Shown here piece after piece: positions 46,438 to 58,060 of a stretch of 64,000 nucleotides of DNA. Numbering within the stretch: position 1 is the stretch's first letter; each line of letters starts with the position of its first letter. The notes beneath the pieces were generated by a model. That model did not search any database. It saw only the letters and a program-made list of their open reading frames with translations, and was not told where the DNA came from. The position numbers were made by a program, and so were the translations under genes. The DNA is taken from contig CAWGVG010000026.1 in assembly GCA_963825865.1 (NCBI GenBank), positions 1-64,000 on the forward strand. Direction: 5' to 3'. This stretch comes from an uncultured Nitrososphaeraceae archaeon. GTDB lineage: Archaea; Thermoproteota; Nitrososphaeria; Nitrososphaerales; Nitrososphaeraceae.

Positions 46438-46929
46438 GTGTTGGAGAGTATAGGAACGTCGAAGAGTAAACATATACAAAATAAGAATGAAGAAGAAGAA
46501 CAGCTTTACATTGGGACTGCTGAATCAGAACATATAGAAATGTACCTAAAAGCCATATGGTATATTCGTGAAAGGGGCAAAGAAGTCAAAGTGAGCTCCA
46601 TCGCTAACCTTCTCAAGATAAAACAACCCTCTGTAGTACAGATGCTTCACAAGCTAAACGATGCCAATCTATTGGATTACAAGAAAGGCAATATAGTAGA
46701 AATGACAGCAAAAGGCGAAAGAATCGGAAAGCAGATGATTAGAAATACACGATTGCTTGAAGCTTTGATGGAAAATGCATTAAAAATAGAAGTTGATGAA
46801 GAAATGGTTTGTGGAATTGAGCACCATATGAAGAACATATTTACAGATGCTCTATGCACCTTGTTAAAACATCCAAGAAATTGTCCTCATGGTCACCCTA
46901 TCCCGGTAGGGAAATGTTGCAAAAAGTGA
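46438..46929 (+). CDS. DtxR/MntR-family metal-dependent regulator
   Basis: EMYLKAIW, PSVVQML, RNTRLLE, CGIEHH and CPHGHPIP. Confidence 0.95.
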   Translation: MLESIGTSKSKHIQNKNEEEEQLYIGTAESEHIEMYLKAIWYIRERGKEVKVSSIANLLKIKQPSVVQMLHKLNDANLLDYKKGNIVEMTAKGERIGKQMIRNTRLLEALMENALKIEVDEEMVCGIEHHMKNIFTDALCTLLKHPRNCPHGHPIPVGKCCKK

Positions 46930-47405
46930 TATGATAATTTTTGGAGAAAAGAGATCGGGTTGCTTAATGTACATAACAGAAATAACGGGATGACAGCAAC
47001 AGTAATAGTTTCAGCAGCTTCCGCGATTGCTATCATAAAACTTAATTAGACTTGGAAATATTCTTCTTTTCCTTTAGTTTTTACGAGTACAAGTTCATTA
47101 TTGGCTTAACTTAGAAAACATAGCATACAACAACTTGGAAAAAGAACAATATACATGCTCTTTTAGAAATGCCTATCAAAAGATTGTTTACTAATTATAA
47201 CCCTATTACCCCTAAGAAATACTACAGGGGCTCAGATTTTACCACTTGCTAGTATGCTAAAGTAGCCGTGAAATACCCTATGCATACACTGTCTGTTTTG
47301 TGTAATCAAGGAACTAAAACTAGACAAATAATGCAAAAAATATACAAAAGCAGAAGCATGGCTTGCACCATACCTATATCAATCGACAACTATAACACTT
47401 CTATT

Positions 47406-47837
47406 ATGACGCCAAAAATATTAGAAATCAAAACAGTCTTTAAAGGGCTACAGACACTATATGACATACATCTTCCAAAAGCAGATCCTGCCCTAGTTCA
47501 TGATTTACTTATACGAGAGGAAGAAAAATCCATACCTGCACCATTTTATATGGTTGAAATATTTACAAAAGAAGGGACAGATTCTGAATTAATGAGGAAT
47601 TGGATAATTGAAAAGACACAGATGGTACCTGCCATATATGATAAAGGTACCCATTATGTAACTAATCAGAGACTAACATTAGAGATGGTAAAGGAGATAT
47701 CTGATGATGAGAATGTTTTAGAAGTTACTGGAGAATATACTGGCGGCATTGGAGGCTGGGGCGCCTCACACGAACACAGAGAACACAGACATATAGTACA
47801 TAATCCACTAACATCAGCAACAACACTAACCATGTGA
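47406..47837 (+). CDS. Hypothetical protein with His-rich tail
   Basis: Protein-like ORF from MTPKILEIK ending in GASHEHREHRH. Confidence 0.65.
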   Translation: MTPKILEIKTVFKGLQTLYDIHLPKADPALVHDLLIREEEKSIPAPFYMVEIFTKEGTDSELMRNWIIEKTQMVPAIYDKGTHYVTNQRLTLEMVKEISDDENVLEVTGEYTGGIGGWGASHEHREHRHIVHNPLTSATTLTM

Positions 47838-47914
47838 GCTTGAGAAATAAAGCTCAATTAATAAAAATATAAAAGAAGAATAGGGAAAGATATATATCAA
47901 AGCCTGCAATTCTA

Positions 47915-48088
47915 TCTAAAAAAATAACCCGACCGAGAATAAATTTAACTTTTCGAACGATAGTGTACTAAGGCATAATTTTAACTGGAATGCATTCGAT
48001 GACGTAAGACACCAAAGTCTGTCTAAGGCATGACAGGTCCCTCTTGACGGTGCAACCTGATACCTTCAGGATCTGCTATTTCTCTCTG
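47915..48088 (-). repeat. Repeat copy A: truncated TerS-like HTH fragment plus conserved tail
   Basis: Reverse complement of 54683-54857; encodes LSQREIA / ILKVSGCTVKRDLSCLRQTLVSYVIECIPVKIMP*. Confidence 0.85.
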
Positions 48089-48273
48089 CGACAATAGCAA
48101 GAACAACACCACTACTAGAAGCAGGTGATCAAGGATCCAATTCCAATGGTGACGGCCTAAAATAGAACATATACACCACAGATAACATCAAGTAATCAAC
48201 CAAAAAAACCAACAACAACTGACATTGAATTGAAACATTTTATAAAACAGCCAGTAATATATAGCAGTAAAAG

Positions 48274-48456
48274 ATGAAAAAAATATTAGCGTGTTCTGAC
48301 GTTGGGTTAAACTGTGGATACATAATAGAAGGCAAGACAGATGAAGAGGTTATGGAAAATGCTGTAAAGCATGTATGGGAACTACATGCTATAAAACCAC
48401 AAGAGATGACTTCGGAAATGAAAGTTAAAATTAGAGAAAATATTAGAAGTTCGTAA
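48274..48456 (+). CDS. DUF1059 small metal-binding protein
   Basis: LACSDVGLNCGYIIEGKTDEEVM...HVWELH. Confidence 0.9.
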   Translation: MKKILACSDVGLNCGYIIEGKTDEEVMENAVKHVWELHAIKPQEMTSEMKVKIRENIRSS

Positions 48457-48779
48457 AGATAATACGGTTTCATTAGGTGATTATCCATTGTGGCAATTAT
48501 GCCTTAGATAGTGCGATAAAGATCATATTCTAAGGTACAATATAGAAAAGAGAGACAAATGAAACCTATAGTTTTATCTTATTTACTTTCTTATTAGTCA
48601 ATTTTTCAAATCCAATATACAAACCCTTCCATCCTTCTTCTATTAGGTCAACTCAAATTTGGAGCATGCATGATGTGGTCTATGATTCCACTCCATTCCC
48701 TGACTCCTTTACCCGTACATCCATCTTTCCGCGTATTTTTTCTTAACCACAAAAGAAAACGTAATTATCAATGCGAGCA

Positions 48780-49190
48780 TCTTTGTCAAAATTTATAATA
48801 TTCTTTTCCTGCCAAAGAAGTACCGCCTATATCTTTCAAGTACTTCATTTTGATTAATTTCTTGAGTTTGCTGGCGGAATAACCATAAAGATTAATCCTC
48901 CTACCCTTGATACGGCAAAGTCTGATCCGATAGAAATAGCAAAAGTGGAGCCAGGTTTATCAGGCTTATATTGCTGTAACTTTTTTTCGTCTCTCCTCCT
49001 CTCATTATAGCATAGATATTTTGTGCCGCAACTCTCCCATGTTGTTCAGCAAAGTATGCATTTGTTGGTAGGGGATGACCTTTATCGTCAAGTATTAGAG
49101 CGGAATCTCCAAGCACAAAAACACTATCCTCTTGTCTTTCTGCCTGCAGATATTTATTGACAATAACTCTTCCTTTTTCAGGGAACCATC
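48780..49190 (-). pseudogene. NAD(P)/FAD-dependent oxidoreductase (NDH-2/SQR-like) C-terminal fragment
   Basis: VIVNKYLQ, VFVLGDSA and LPTNAYFAEQHGRVAAQNI. Confidence 0.75.
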
Positions 49191-49509
49191 GGAAATAGAT
49201 AGTAGAGAAGAAAAGGTTTTTGATTGAATGAATCCTTTTAGCTGAATAGTATCACATCCTTGGGTTTTGCAATATACTGTTCACAATTTACCTAACAATA
49301 TTAACACTTACTTATTTTTCAAGTCGGCGAAGCTAATCGAAACTCATCAAAAGGTATTGAATCCTTATCATTTTAAAGCCAACTACCGATTTGGTGTTGT
49401 GTTATAATTGTAGTTGAAGAATAATTTCAGGAGAAAAATATAGGCAATAGAAAAGACCTGATTGTAGCTCTCGACGACCCTATAGGGATCAGAAGGAAGA
49501 CAAATTCCA

Positions 49510-51437
49510 TTAATCAGTATATAATGCTTTTTGCTCGATATCTTTAGGGATCACAGGAAGACTGAATCCAAATGTAGATCCTATTCCATCATTATTGTTT
49601 TCTGCCCATATCGCACCTCCATGAGCTTCAATTATTTTTCGTGATAAATATAATCCCAAGCCAGTACCCTTTTCTGATTTGCTTGCAAATTTCTGAAATA
49701 ACCTCTCTTTAATTGACTTGTCAATGCCCTTACCAGTGTCTATAACTCTTACTATGATAATGTTTTGGCTATCAATTAAAGAGATACATACTGAAACTAT
49801 GATTTTTCCTTTTTCCGTAAATCGCATTGCATTATCCAAAAGATTGAATAAAACTTGGTTAATTTTATCAGGATCACATTGCACAGATATAGTCAATGAT
49901 GATGACGATTTTGCACTATGGTCATCCTGTTTTAGATCAAATAATATCGGAATTTTTTTTCCAAAAACCTCATATTTTCTCGATATGTCATCTATTACAT
50001 TCAAAATCAAAGAATAAAGATCAGTTTCCTTGACATAGAGTCTAAAGTTACCGCTTTCAATAGAACTTACTTCCAAAACGTCATTAGATAGCTTAAGTAG
50101 TCTTTCCGCATTACGAGTAACCATCGAGATCTCTTCTTTTACCTCATTTCTCCTTGCTCCTCAGCTTATCTTGTAACAATTCTATTCCACCCATTATTGG
50201 CATGATAGGAGTTCTCAATTCATGAGCAGCTATATTGACAAACTCTTTTTGCAATGTACTATGAACTTTGAGCTGTTCATTAACTTCTCCAAGCTGCTTA
50301 TTTGATTCTGATAGCGATTGATTTGCGCTTTTTAATTCAGCTGTCCTTGTATTGACAGTATTTTGTAATTTATTATTCCATGAGAGAAATAAGATTGCAA
50401 TTCCTATGGATACTATTCCTATTATCAATAAGGAAATTATATTAAAATCCTTTTGTTCATTTATCATAACACTTATCTTTGCATCAAGCCCATGTGGAGC
50501 TAGAATATACAATGACAAGAAATACCTGTCGTTAAGCAATACAGGTTGATAGGCTATTGTATTTATTTTACCTCTGATAGCGATATCCGCTGATCCTTTA
50601 TTGCCACTCAGCGCATCCTTCAAAAGATTGTTAAATGTATTCCTTCCTTCAGGGGAAAAGAATTCAGTTTGGTATTCCTCACTAAATGCATTTTTATTTG
50701 TGAGGGAATGCGAATCGCTATAAAGTACTATGCCGTTTTTATCCGTGAGAGATATGGTGCCTTGGAATTCTTCCGAGGCTAGTTCGTTTTGCAATAAGTT
50801 TCCTAGTCTATCAAGTCCAATAGATGTAAATACTAGTCCTTTAATTGGTCGTGTATCATTATTATTACTGTCACTGCCGTTTGGGCTATTTGTTATCGGA
50901 TAGCCAATATACAGTTTGGGAATACCATCTAATTCATATTCATGTATAATGCTTGCTGTAGTATGTATTATTTGTAGCAGTAGGTGCAACTTTTGATACG
51001 TCAAAGTACTGCTTTAGCTGAGTCAGTAACCCTTTGAGGTTCTGATATTTTAGTGGCTCGTAATCTCTATTATTTACAAAGATTTTTCCATTGAGGTCAG
51101 TTATCCCGTAGTCGTATGTAAGTTCATTTGTATTATCTTGTGATACTTTTAGAAGTTGTTTTGCTTTTTCATATTCGCCATTTTGTAATGATGGAGATGT
51201 AGCAATTAACTCTAAATTATTCAGAATATCATTTAACTTGAAGTTTAAGGAATGTGCAATATTATGAGACTCTATTATTGCTTTTGATCTCACATGTTGT
51301 GAAGAGACTTCAGCAATTTCGTTAGAAGTAGTAATAGAATATACATATGAAATAATAGACAGCATTATTGCAACTGCTGCAATCGAAATTAATGGAAGAA
51401 TTCTTTCTTTTGTAGTGAATATATTAAAGAAAGTCAA
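49510..51437 (-). CDS. Cache-domain sensor histidine kinase split by two frameshifts
   Basis: TM, extracellular Cache-like region, TM, AAHELRTP, NLLDNA, DTGKGI and GTGLGL over three consecutive ORFs. Confidence 0.9.
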
Positions 51438-52129
51438 TAATTGTTTTTTGTTAAAACTATAAATAATTAAGTATTGTTAAGGAAGGTCATTGAATAATTA
51501 CTCAAAATACTTGCACTATGATTTAGGACTCATACAACGTTCGCTAGATCTTTTAAAATAAATTATTGATATATATCTTATAGACAGATATTTCAGAATT
51601 TAATTCAGTTTCTGATAGACACGTCGAATATTCGTGAAAATCATCAGGAAATTATTTGTTGTCATGCATAAGGCGTGTTTTAGTTTTTATGCACTATTCT
51701 ATTGATATTATTGGTTTACCTTACCATAGCTAGACTGTCCTACAATACGACAGCAGACAAGACTCGTTACCTTGTAGAGGCCGGAGCTCTGAAAGCAACA
51801 AGTCATCTCTGCTTTTTTTAAATTGCACGTAATAAGTAGGCAGCATACTTATTATAGAAATATTTGATCAACATCTGCCTCTCTTAGCTGTATTAGAAGC
51901 GTCATAAGATAAGAACAGGTGTCAAGCAATCTCATCAATACAGAGAATGGTCGATATGTTGCACTTTCAGTAAGATTAGCCTTAGTATTCTAGAAGAGAT
52001 CAGCATTAAAATAAAATAGGGATTAATGACCCATAGCGCATAGTGACAGAAGATTATGTTAAATTCAATACATACAGATGCAGTGGCAAAAGCTAAGGTG
52101 GGATAGATAACAGTGGTATTATTGTTGTT

Positions 52130-52330
52130 TCGTTTTTTATTGATTTTGGAAGACCGCAAACCTCTGACTCAGTTAAATTGACAAACTCGAGTTTTGGGTT
52201 AGTAGGATTGCATACTGATCTGGTGATATGGTAGTACTAGTTCCAGGCTAACTATGTGGTGATAGTGATAGCGGAGCAGAAGGTGTTTGTTTTTCCTCCT
52301 GGGCTTGGGTTATACTCAAAACGCGACCCA
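52130..52330 (-). pseudogene. Fragment paralogous to the 33060-33470 secreted protein
   Basis: Shared DNA ttgattttggaagaccgcaaac...gagttttgggtt (NPKLEFVN.TESEVCGLPKS). Confidence 0.55.
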
Positions 52331-52675
52331 TATTTATATCCAAAATTATATTTACTGTAAATCATCTAACATGATAGATACCAAGCATGTCAGGACATGC
52401 TTGGACAATAATCATAGTAAAACATAATTAGTTAGGCAGGGCCCTAATTCGCTGTAGAAAAAGATAGATTAATACATATCTAGGATACAATTGTAATGCA
52501 GGAGCGCCTTAATAATAATTGGATCTATTTTTGAGAATTAGCAAGTTTAATAACAATTGTGAGTTTAATTTTATTATTATAGTTGCTTTTCTTTTTACTT
52601 TATCGTTATATACTGCTGCCGCTCTAAATACAACAAAGGCTCCATTCTCTATCCATAAACAGGAAACGAGAAATC

Positions 52676-53950
52676 GTGAAAATTAAGGAAATCGTCACAT
52701 TAGCTTCTGATGCACTTAAAGAGAGAAAGGCAAGATCTGCTTTAACAATAATGATGGTAGTAGTAGGAAGTAGTTTGATGGTAGCACTCAATGGTATTAG
52801 CGCAGGTCAAAGCAACTTTATTCAACATCAATTAAATACATTGGCACCTAACGTACTCTTTGTCAGTTCAGGTCAAAGGTCGTTTCGTGGCGGAGGAGGT
52901 GGACCTGCTCCATTAGCATCGATTACTATAAATGCAGCAGTAGTAACTAGAATGAGTTCGCTTCCATTTGTTCAACAAGTCGTACCTTCATATCAAGGCC
53001 AAGCCTCTCTCGAGTCACAAGGAAATTTTGTGAATTCACAAATAAGTGCAATGGATCCACAGAAAGTTTACTTAATTACCCCAAACCTTCAACTAACAGA
53101 TGGTTCTGTTATAAAATCAAATGACCCTTCTGCGATGCTAGTCGGTGACAGTATCGCTAACCCTCCAGGTATGACTACTCGATTCCTAAGTCTTGGTCAG
53201 ATTGTAAAGGTAACATCTTCATACATAGATCCTAATACATCAGAGCCAAAAACACAATCCAAAAGTTTCATAGTAAAGGGTATTATGCAACCTACGGGAA
53301 ACAATCGGTTAGACAATACCGTTCTAATTGATAGAAATACTGGTAACACTTTATTTCATAAATCAGGTAAATATGATAATTTGGTTGTATTGGCTCAGTC
53401 ACCCGATTATGTTGGTTTAGTACAACAGGAAATTACAAGCTTGTACGGAAGCACGATAGGCATCATCACACCCAAGGCTATTCTACAATCGAGACAGCAA
53501 TTTGTAAGTGGAAATAACGCATTTATTCAAAGTGTTGCATTTATTGCATTACTTGTTGGTGCTATCGGAATTATAACCACTCTTTACACGTCAGTTAATG
53601 AAAGGGTACATGAAATTGGAACTATGAAAGCTATTGGTGCACAGAAAACTTTCATTCTTTCTCTTTTTTTGATGGAAGCTGTAATCATTGGTATTTTCGG
53701 ATCAACGTTAGGGGTAATAACAGGAATTGGTGGAGCTTTTATTATGTCTGATTTTACTGGAGGAGTACCAATCTGGGGGTGGCGGTGGTGGTGGTGGCAG
53801 TGCTCGCTGAGCCGCCATATCACTCCTGCGTTTCAGGCATCAGACCTGTTTACCGTCTGGATGCTTTCATTTATTATCAGTTTAATAGCTGGTTTGTATC
53901 CTGCATGGAAGGCATCACGATTGTCACCTATACTAGCGCTGAGAAGATAA
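52676..53950 (+). CDS. ABC transporter permease (MacB/FtsX family)
   Basis: ERKARSALT, SVNERVHEIGTMKAIGA and GLYPAWKASRLSPILALR. Confidence 0.95.
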   Translation: MKIKEIVTLASDALKERKARSALTIMMVVVGSSLMVALNGISAGQSNFIQHQLNTLAPNVLFVSSGQRSFRGGGGGPAPLASITINAAVVTRMSSLPFVQQVVPSYQGQASLESQGNFVNSQISAMDPQKVYLITPNLQLTDGSVIKSNDPSAMLVGDSIANPPGMTTRFLSLGQIVKVTSSYIDPNTSEPKTQSKSFIVKGIMQPTGNNRLDNTVLIDRNTGNTLFHKSGKYDNLVVLAQSPDYVGLVQQEITSLYGSTIGIITPKAILQSRQQFVSGNNAFIQSVAFIALLVGAIGIITTLYTSVNERVHEIGTMKAIGAQKTFILSLFLMEAVIIGIFGSTLGVITGIGGAFIMSDFTGGVPIWGWRWWWWQCSLSRHITPAFQASDLFTVWMLSFIISLIAGLYPAWKASRLSPILALRR

Positions 53951-54603
53951 TAATCAAGATAGAACTGAATGATATATCGTCAGTGGAAAGAAGATCACAT
54001 CAACGCTGAATCTGGCTCTACCATAGATGTATACACGGAGAAAGCCCGGTCCAGAGCAGCTAACACATGTGTGTGAAAATACGCTAAGAGATTATCTTAA
54101 AAATAACGAACTGGCAATACAATACCACCACTATTTTTTTAGCTTCTTTGAACACTTGATATAGGTTTTCAATGACTCTGTCATAATTGATAGTAACTAT
54201 GTGAGCAAATAATAGAGGATGTGTTGCGTTGCCAGAGATCTAGTAATGACGTTCCCAATTGTCTTTCTGATTTCGCTTAAATCTTCTGTGCTGATTCGTT
54301 GTAAAGCTAATTTTCTTGTATCTGCAAAAGTGCTTAAATAAATCGCAAATGGACCTACATCCTTTAGTGCATCCTTGTAGTCTATGTTGCGTTTAATATT
54401 GAAAGAATGACCTCTAGATCTATTTCACTTTCATTAAAAAATTGATAGTTCTGATATGCCAGATTCATTTATTTACGCCTATCACAAAACGCATAAAGAT
54501 AAGTTCATCCCATTAAAAATGAATAACAAAAACTGGACTTGCATTATCTTTCAAGCGCAGAAATTGAACGCCATTAGAAGATAAGCACGGTTAGATTGAA
54601 CAT

Positions 54604-54857
54604 TTGGGCTTGCAAATTGAACATAAACAAGAAAGAGACAGAATTGATTGGCACAGAAGTAAAGTCCAGGAGCTAAGCAGCCAGAGACAAATAGCACAGA
54701 TATTACAGGTATCTAATGGTACCGTTAACAGACACTTGTCGTACCCTAGAGAGGCTTTGGTGTCTTGTGTCATCCAATGCATTCCAGTTAAAATTACGCC
54801 TTAGCATACTATCGTTCGAAAAGTTAAATTTATTCTCAGTCGGGTTATTTTTTTAGA
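54604..54857 (+). repeat. Repeat copy B: truncated TerS-like HTH fragment plus conserved tail
   Basis: IDWHRSKVQELSSQRQIAQILQVSNGTVNRHLSY is homologous to 26292..26700; 3' part is inverted relative to 47915-48088. Confidence 0.85.
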
Positions 54858-55020
54858 CTTGGGTAAGCTATGTAGCCAATTCGTTTGTGTAGCATCTTTT
54901 ATAATAAGCAAACTGCCATGTTCAAGTACAAGTGATATCATTTGTTTAGTTTGCTGCCCAAATTTTCATCTGACCTATGTATCCGTCATTTCATTTTGTT
55001 TCAATAACCCCGTTGTACAT

Positions 55021-55407
55021 TTATTGTTTGTTCTTCGCTATGGCTTTATAAGCTTCAATAAGCTCAGGATCGACAATTCCTTGTACTACAATAGATTCAC
55101 CTTTTGAGAGCTTGATATCCATTGCAACAGCACTATATGGAATATTGAATAATTCGACCTTCTCACGTTCGGAGGCTTCATAATACTTTACACATATCCC
55201 ATCCTTGCAAGAGAAGCCTACAACACGATCAATTCTTCTGCTACCAGAACCTCCTGCTCTTCCACCAGCAGAACCTTGAGATTCCTCAACCATTAAAATA
55301 AAGATATCGTTTCTCATATTAGTATCAAGATCAATATCATTCTCCGCTACTATGAGTTTTCTCTGTGGTGATTGCAATACCAAATCAATAGTTTCTTTTA
55401 AATCCAA
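55021..55407 (-). CDS. Hypothetical protein
   Basis: 128-aa globular ORF with a GSAGGRAGGSG loop. Confidence 0.7.
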   Translation of the reverse strand: MDLKETIDLVLQSPQRKLIVAENDIDLDTNMRNDIFILMVEESQGSAGGRAGGSGSRRIDRVVGFSCKDGICVKYYEASEREKVELFNIPYSAVAMDIKLSKGESIVVQGIVDPELIEAYKAIAKNKQ

Positions 55408-55649
55408 CTATTACCTACTTTGAGATCTTATACTTTAAATTATTTGTTTCTTGTTCTTCTTCCTCGGAACTCAAGAACTAAGTAACAGATGTCAATAGCA
55501 ATATCATACAAGCTGGGTTTCGAGGAGTTATTCAGTCGGTATTCATGCTATATAACATTTACGACAAATTGGCCAGGTTATGGTTTAACTTGCATGATAT
55601 ATAACAACATAGATAGCGGCCAAGGTATGCCTTTAGTTATCATAGTTTT

Positions 55650-56035
55650 TCAAACTGTGTATGCGTAGAGTTTAGGCGCTGGGGTATGAGTTCTCCTCCC
55701 TTAGGAAACAATTCTCTCTTTATTACATCCCCACTCAATAGATACTCTACCAGGTCCTGTTAACAGAAGACTAAAGGATGGAACCAAACATTTCCATAAT
55801 AAAAAGAATGGCAGACACTCTAGTCAAAATTCCAACAAGAACAGCAATTCCACCTATTACTTCTAGCAACCCAATTGGAATGGCCATCGCAGCCAGAAGT
55901 CCTATCATGTTTGCAAAGAAATGTTCCGTACCTGCAATATTGGAAACTTTGGGTAAACCATTCCTATAAAGGATATTCCAGCTACAATCCTTATAGGAAT
56001 AGGACCATATGCAGAAAGCTTTTTTGGTAATTCAT
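55650..56035 (-). pseudogene. DoxX family membrane protein, disrupted
   Basis: IRIVAGISF, GLPKVSNIAGT, IGLLEVIGGIAVLVGILTRVSA and LLLTGPGRVSIEW. Confidence 0.75.
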
Positions 56036-56180
56036 CCTATCAAACTGTTTGAGAAGAAATAAGCAGTTGTTTTTAACTCAGTTGATAAGTATTTTCTTAC
56101 TATCCTTGGCAAGATACGTTAATTTATTAGTGCTAACGTTGATGTACTCAAATAGCAATAATGATTGTTGGTGATCCTAA

Positions 56181-56651
56181 CTAACCAGGTGTTGCTGCTG
56201 TTGCTGCTGCTACTCCAGTAACATTTACGTTATAAAAGGATCTTAAATTAGGATTATCACTGCAAGTATACTTTGCTGTGATTTTGTTTGGTCCTTCTTT
56301 GATTGTAGTGTATTTATAAGTAAGGAAAAAATTCCATGTTGAATAGTCAGTTGCTCCATGATGACCGGTCGCAGTAGCTTGTTGGTATGGCTTCACAGCA
56401 TCTACAATAACTGACACTTCGCAATTGGAAGTTTCATTATCCGAGGAAGCACCTATAATCATAAGGTCTTTACCAATTGGTACATGTTCATCTTTAGTAG
56501 GTGATGTAATTTTTACTGCATGCAATTTTGGCGATGATAACTGATTATTTGGTGACAGTTGCTTTGTTATTTGTGCATATGAAGTATTAATGTAAACAGC
56601 TGAAAGAAGTATCCCAAAGATAAGCGTTACTATAACAATGCCACGATTCAT
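56181..56651 (-). CDS. Secreted beta-rich (Ig-like) protein
   Basis: Signal peptide, VKITSP...CEVSVIV..KPYQ...DYSTW...GPNKITAKYTC. Confidence 0.7.
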   Translation of the reverse strand: MNRGIVIVTLIFGILLSAVYINTSYAQITKQLSPNNQLSSPKLHAVKITSPTKDEHVPIGKDLMIIGASSDNETSNCEVSVIVDAVKPYQQATATGHHGATDYSTWNFFLTYKYTTIKEGPNKITAKYTCSDNPNLRSFYNVNVTGVAAATAATPG

Positions 56652-56929
56652 GTTTAAGAATATAATGGCTCTATTAATATATTAGACTTTAAAATATCTT
56701 ATCAAATCTATTACTATAATAGCATTTATCTTGGATATTATATGAACACACACCTCTAACTTAAGCAGAATTTTAGTCAGATTGTATCATTAATAAATCA
56801 AAATCCCCAATTAGGTATGGGTGTACAGAAGCCCGTGACGGTATCGGTTCTTAAAACGGATTCTAAATAGACATATAATCAAGAGGAAGAAATAAGTGAT
56901 ATCTTCTTATTTCTTACTTACTTACTGAT

Positions 56930-57335
56930 TTACATGTAAAAAAGCTTATCTTTAGACATTCGACGACGGCACAGACGATTCGACTTTGTAAGTTGTAATT
57001 GTCCTACAGCTGTGAATGTTTCTTGTTGTTGTTGCCCTTGAGTAGCAATTACCTCACGTAAGTATTTATTTTGACTTTGTAACTCTTCTATTCTTTGTTT
57101 TAATTTTTCTTTCTCCTCCTCTTCTTTGTGTGTCTGCTGTGGCATTTCTGCCAGCTTGTTATCAAAAGTTGTTATCTTTGTAGCTTTTTCGTTCGATGGC
57201 TGCTGTTGCTGTTGCTGTTGTTCTAATACTGGTTGCCTCGAGGATGGCATTTCAACCACTTCCTGATGTTGCTGTTGCGGCTGTAATAATGGCTGTTGAT
57301 CGCGCTGTTGCTTTCGTTCGGGATAGATTTATGCA
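56930..57335 (-). pseudogene. Gln-rich coiled-coil protein fragment, paralogue of 61552-62120
   Basis: ERKQQRDQQPLLQPQQQHQE matches ERKQQ / RDQQPLIQPQHLHQE. Confidence 0.5.
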
Positions 57336-58060
57336 TTTGAATCTATGGCGATACTGCGCGAGCTATTCACGTTTATAGACGCTCAAATGAGAGTTCAAGA
57401 AAATAAGCTACAAATATCCTTTAGTCTCTAAAAAGCCCTGATCCTTCCAACAAATCGTTAATTACAGTCATGAATCCAACTAGCGCTAACCCTCCTATTG
57501 CAACTTTGCCTAAAGTTTGTATTAATTCCTGAGTATTTTTATTCTGTATTGATAACCTAAAACTACGCATAACTAAACAAAGAATTTCTCTTAAGTTAAA
57601 AAGGTTTGATGCGTCAAATACTAATCTAATTGAGGATCTGATATTGTCAGATAAGATGGTAGACCACCTATGTTAATGCGATTATCCTTAAATATCAGCA
57701 GTGGTTTGTCTACTCCATAGATGTTTGTGTTATTTCACTTATGGAGTCGTCGGTCAAATAATGCTATATTTTATCAAAAAGTATTGGTTTTATGTGTGTC
57801 ACATTTGATAATAGAAAATTGCCTGTTTTAAGCAGTTGTTTTTATTTCCATTATCCATTCGCATTTGGCATCATATTTTTCTAGTCAAGTTGATAAATGA
57901 TGGTTAAGCATACGTTAACGTTCATACACAACCAAATCCCAAGGGAGAAATACGTGGTCAATTATCTAAATAGCCCTGCTACAATCAAAATAAAAATCTC
58001 CTTATTTTTCTTTGAACGGATTGAAGATGGAGAAAGAAAGAACGGATCGGAACTTAAACG

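Noticed and set aside
53770-53820. Unusual WGWRWWWWQC motif in the FtsX-type permease
   Set aside because: The GGT repeat reads as a Gly-rich linker in the neighbouring frame, so compensating indels are the likelier explanation.
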